Source of the DNA: Candidatus Heimdallarchaeota archaeon
GTDB taxonomy: Archaea; Asgardarchaeota; Heimdallarchaeia; Hodarchaeales; Hodarchaeaceae
Reading direction: 5' to 3'
Length of the DNA stretch: 26,327 nt
Assembly: GCA_019057635.1 (NCBI GenBank)
Contig: DXJL01000131.1
Coordinates: forward strand, 1 to 26,327
The notes under the pieces are model-generated. The model saw only the letters and a list, made by a program, of their open reading frames with translations. It searched no databases and was not told where the DNA came from. The translations under genes were made by a program, and so were the position numbers. Position 1 is the first letter of the stretch; each line of letters begins with the position of its first letter. Positions 25,830-26,327 of the stretch are shown here, piece by piece.

Positions 25830-25881
25830 AATATTAAATGTCTTCTCATGTCTACTAGAAGACTTCTGAAGACATAATATT
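25830..25881. promoter_or_regulatory. Nested inverted repeat upstream of the AbrB-like gene, putative operator
   Basis: ATGTCTTC(25838-45)...GAAGACAT(25868-75), inner GTCT/AGAC, flanking AATATT on both sides; half-sites phased by 10 bp. Confidence 0.5.
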
Positions 25882-26105
25882 ATACTTACCAATAAAAAAA
25901 GCATCGTAAAATAACTCTTTCATACGAGATTTTCTTTATTTTTCATTTATATATCATTTTTCGAGTTATGTCGGGAAACTGCGTTATCCAGCTTAGAAAA
26001 ATTTCGTTTGACGTTGGATTAGTTTTGGAAATACTCTTAAATAGGAGAATTTTTCTAAAAAAAGATATTATTGTCAAGTTAAGTTTGCTATAGAGGAAAG
26101 AATTT

Positions 26106-26327
26106 ATGGAGAGAAATTTAAGTATTGTGCTATTCTTTTTAATAATACCTATGATGCTAGTTTTGTCATCGCAAGGATATCAGTTTGAAATTAACTCTCA
26201 GGCTTCTTGTTCTAGTATGAACATGTCAACACACACACTTGTCCAGACGATTCCAATGCAGGAAGTCCAATGGAATACAACCTTTGGGGGAACAGAGTGG
26301 GATCGTGGTCAGTCATTGGTTCAAACC
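26106..26327 (+). CDS. Secreted/surface beta-propeller-repeat protein, 3'-truncated by the window edge
   Basis: MERNLSIVLFFLIIPMMLVLSS signal-peptide-like N-terminus, then WNTTFGGTEWDRGQSLVQT (W..TFGG...D.G.S..QT blade motif). GAGG upstream. Confidence 0.75.
   Translation, partial: MERNLSIVLFFLIIPMMLVLSSQGYQFEINSQASCSSMNMSTHTLVQTIPMQEVQWNTTFGGTEWDRGQSLVQT

Noticed and set aside
1-26327. CRISPR array, tRNA or rRNA genes
   Set aside because: No regularly spaced repeats or structured-RNA gene signatures seen by eye in the intergenic gaps.

Overview
AT-rich, gene-dense prokaryotic window that most resembles an Asgard archaeon. This is an inference from a Rab-like small GTPase with all five RabF-type motifs, a second Arf/Rag-like GTPase and archaeal-style intergenic regions. 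Left to right: a 5'-truncated APH-like phosphotransferase; a HisJ-family PHP phosphatase; a tight three-gene operon of two large unrecognised proteins plus an atypical Rag/Arf-like GTPase (G3 Asp->Pro, about 165-aa insertion between G4 and G5); a small hypothetical; two membrane proteins built from a repeated bPH-like/TM module (the second with a C-terminal winged helix), divergent from a heterodimeric ABC exporter; a TnpA-less TnpB element with an omegaRNA-like 3' end that appears to have decapitated a ribbon-helix-helix gene; a divergent ATP-type PEP carboxykinase; the Rab-like GTPase; surE; a GNAT-like protein; ICMT/PEMT-family and CPBP (Rce1-like) membrane enzymes; an ArsB/NhaD-family transporter followed by a tandem-USP gene broken by one in-frame TAA; a small AbrB/MazE-like gene with a palindromic operator-like site; and the start of a secreted beta-propeller protein. 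The best candidate for an undescribed system is the 1797-6561 GTPase operon. All family calls come from motif recognition by eye; no searches were run.
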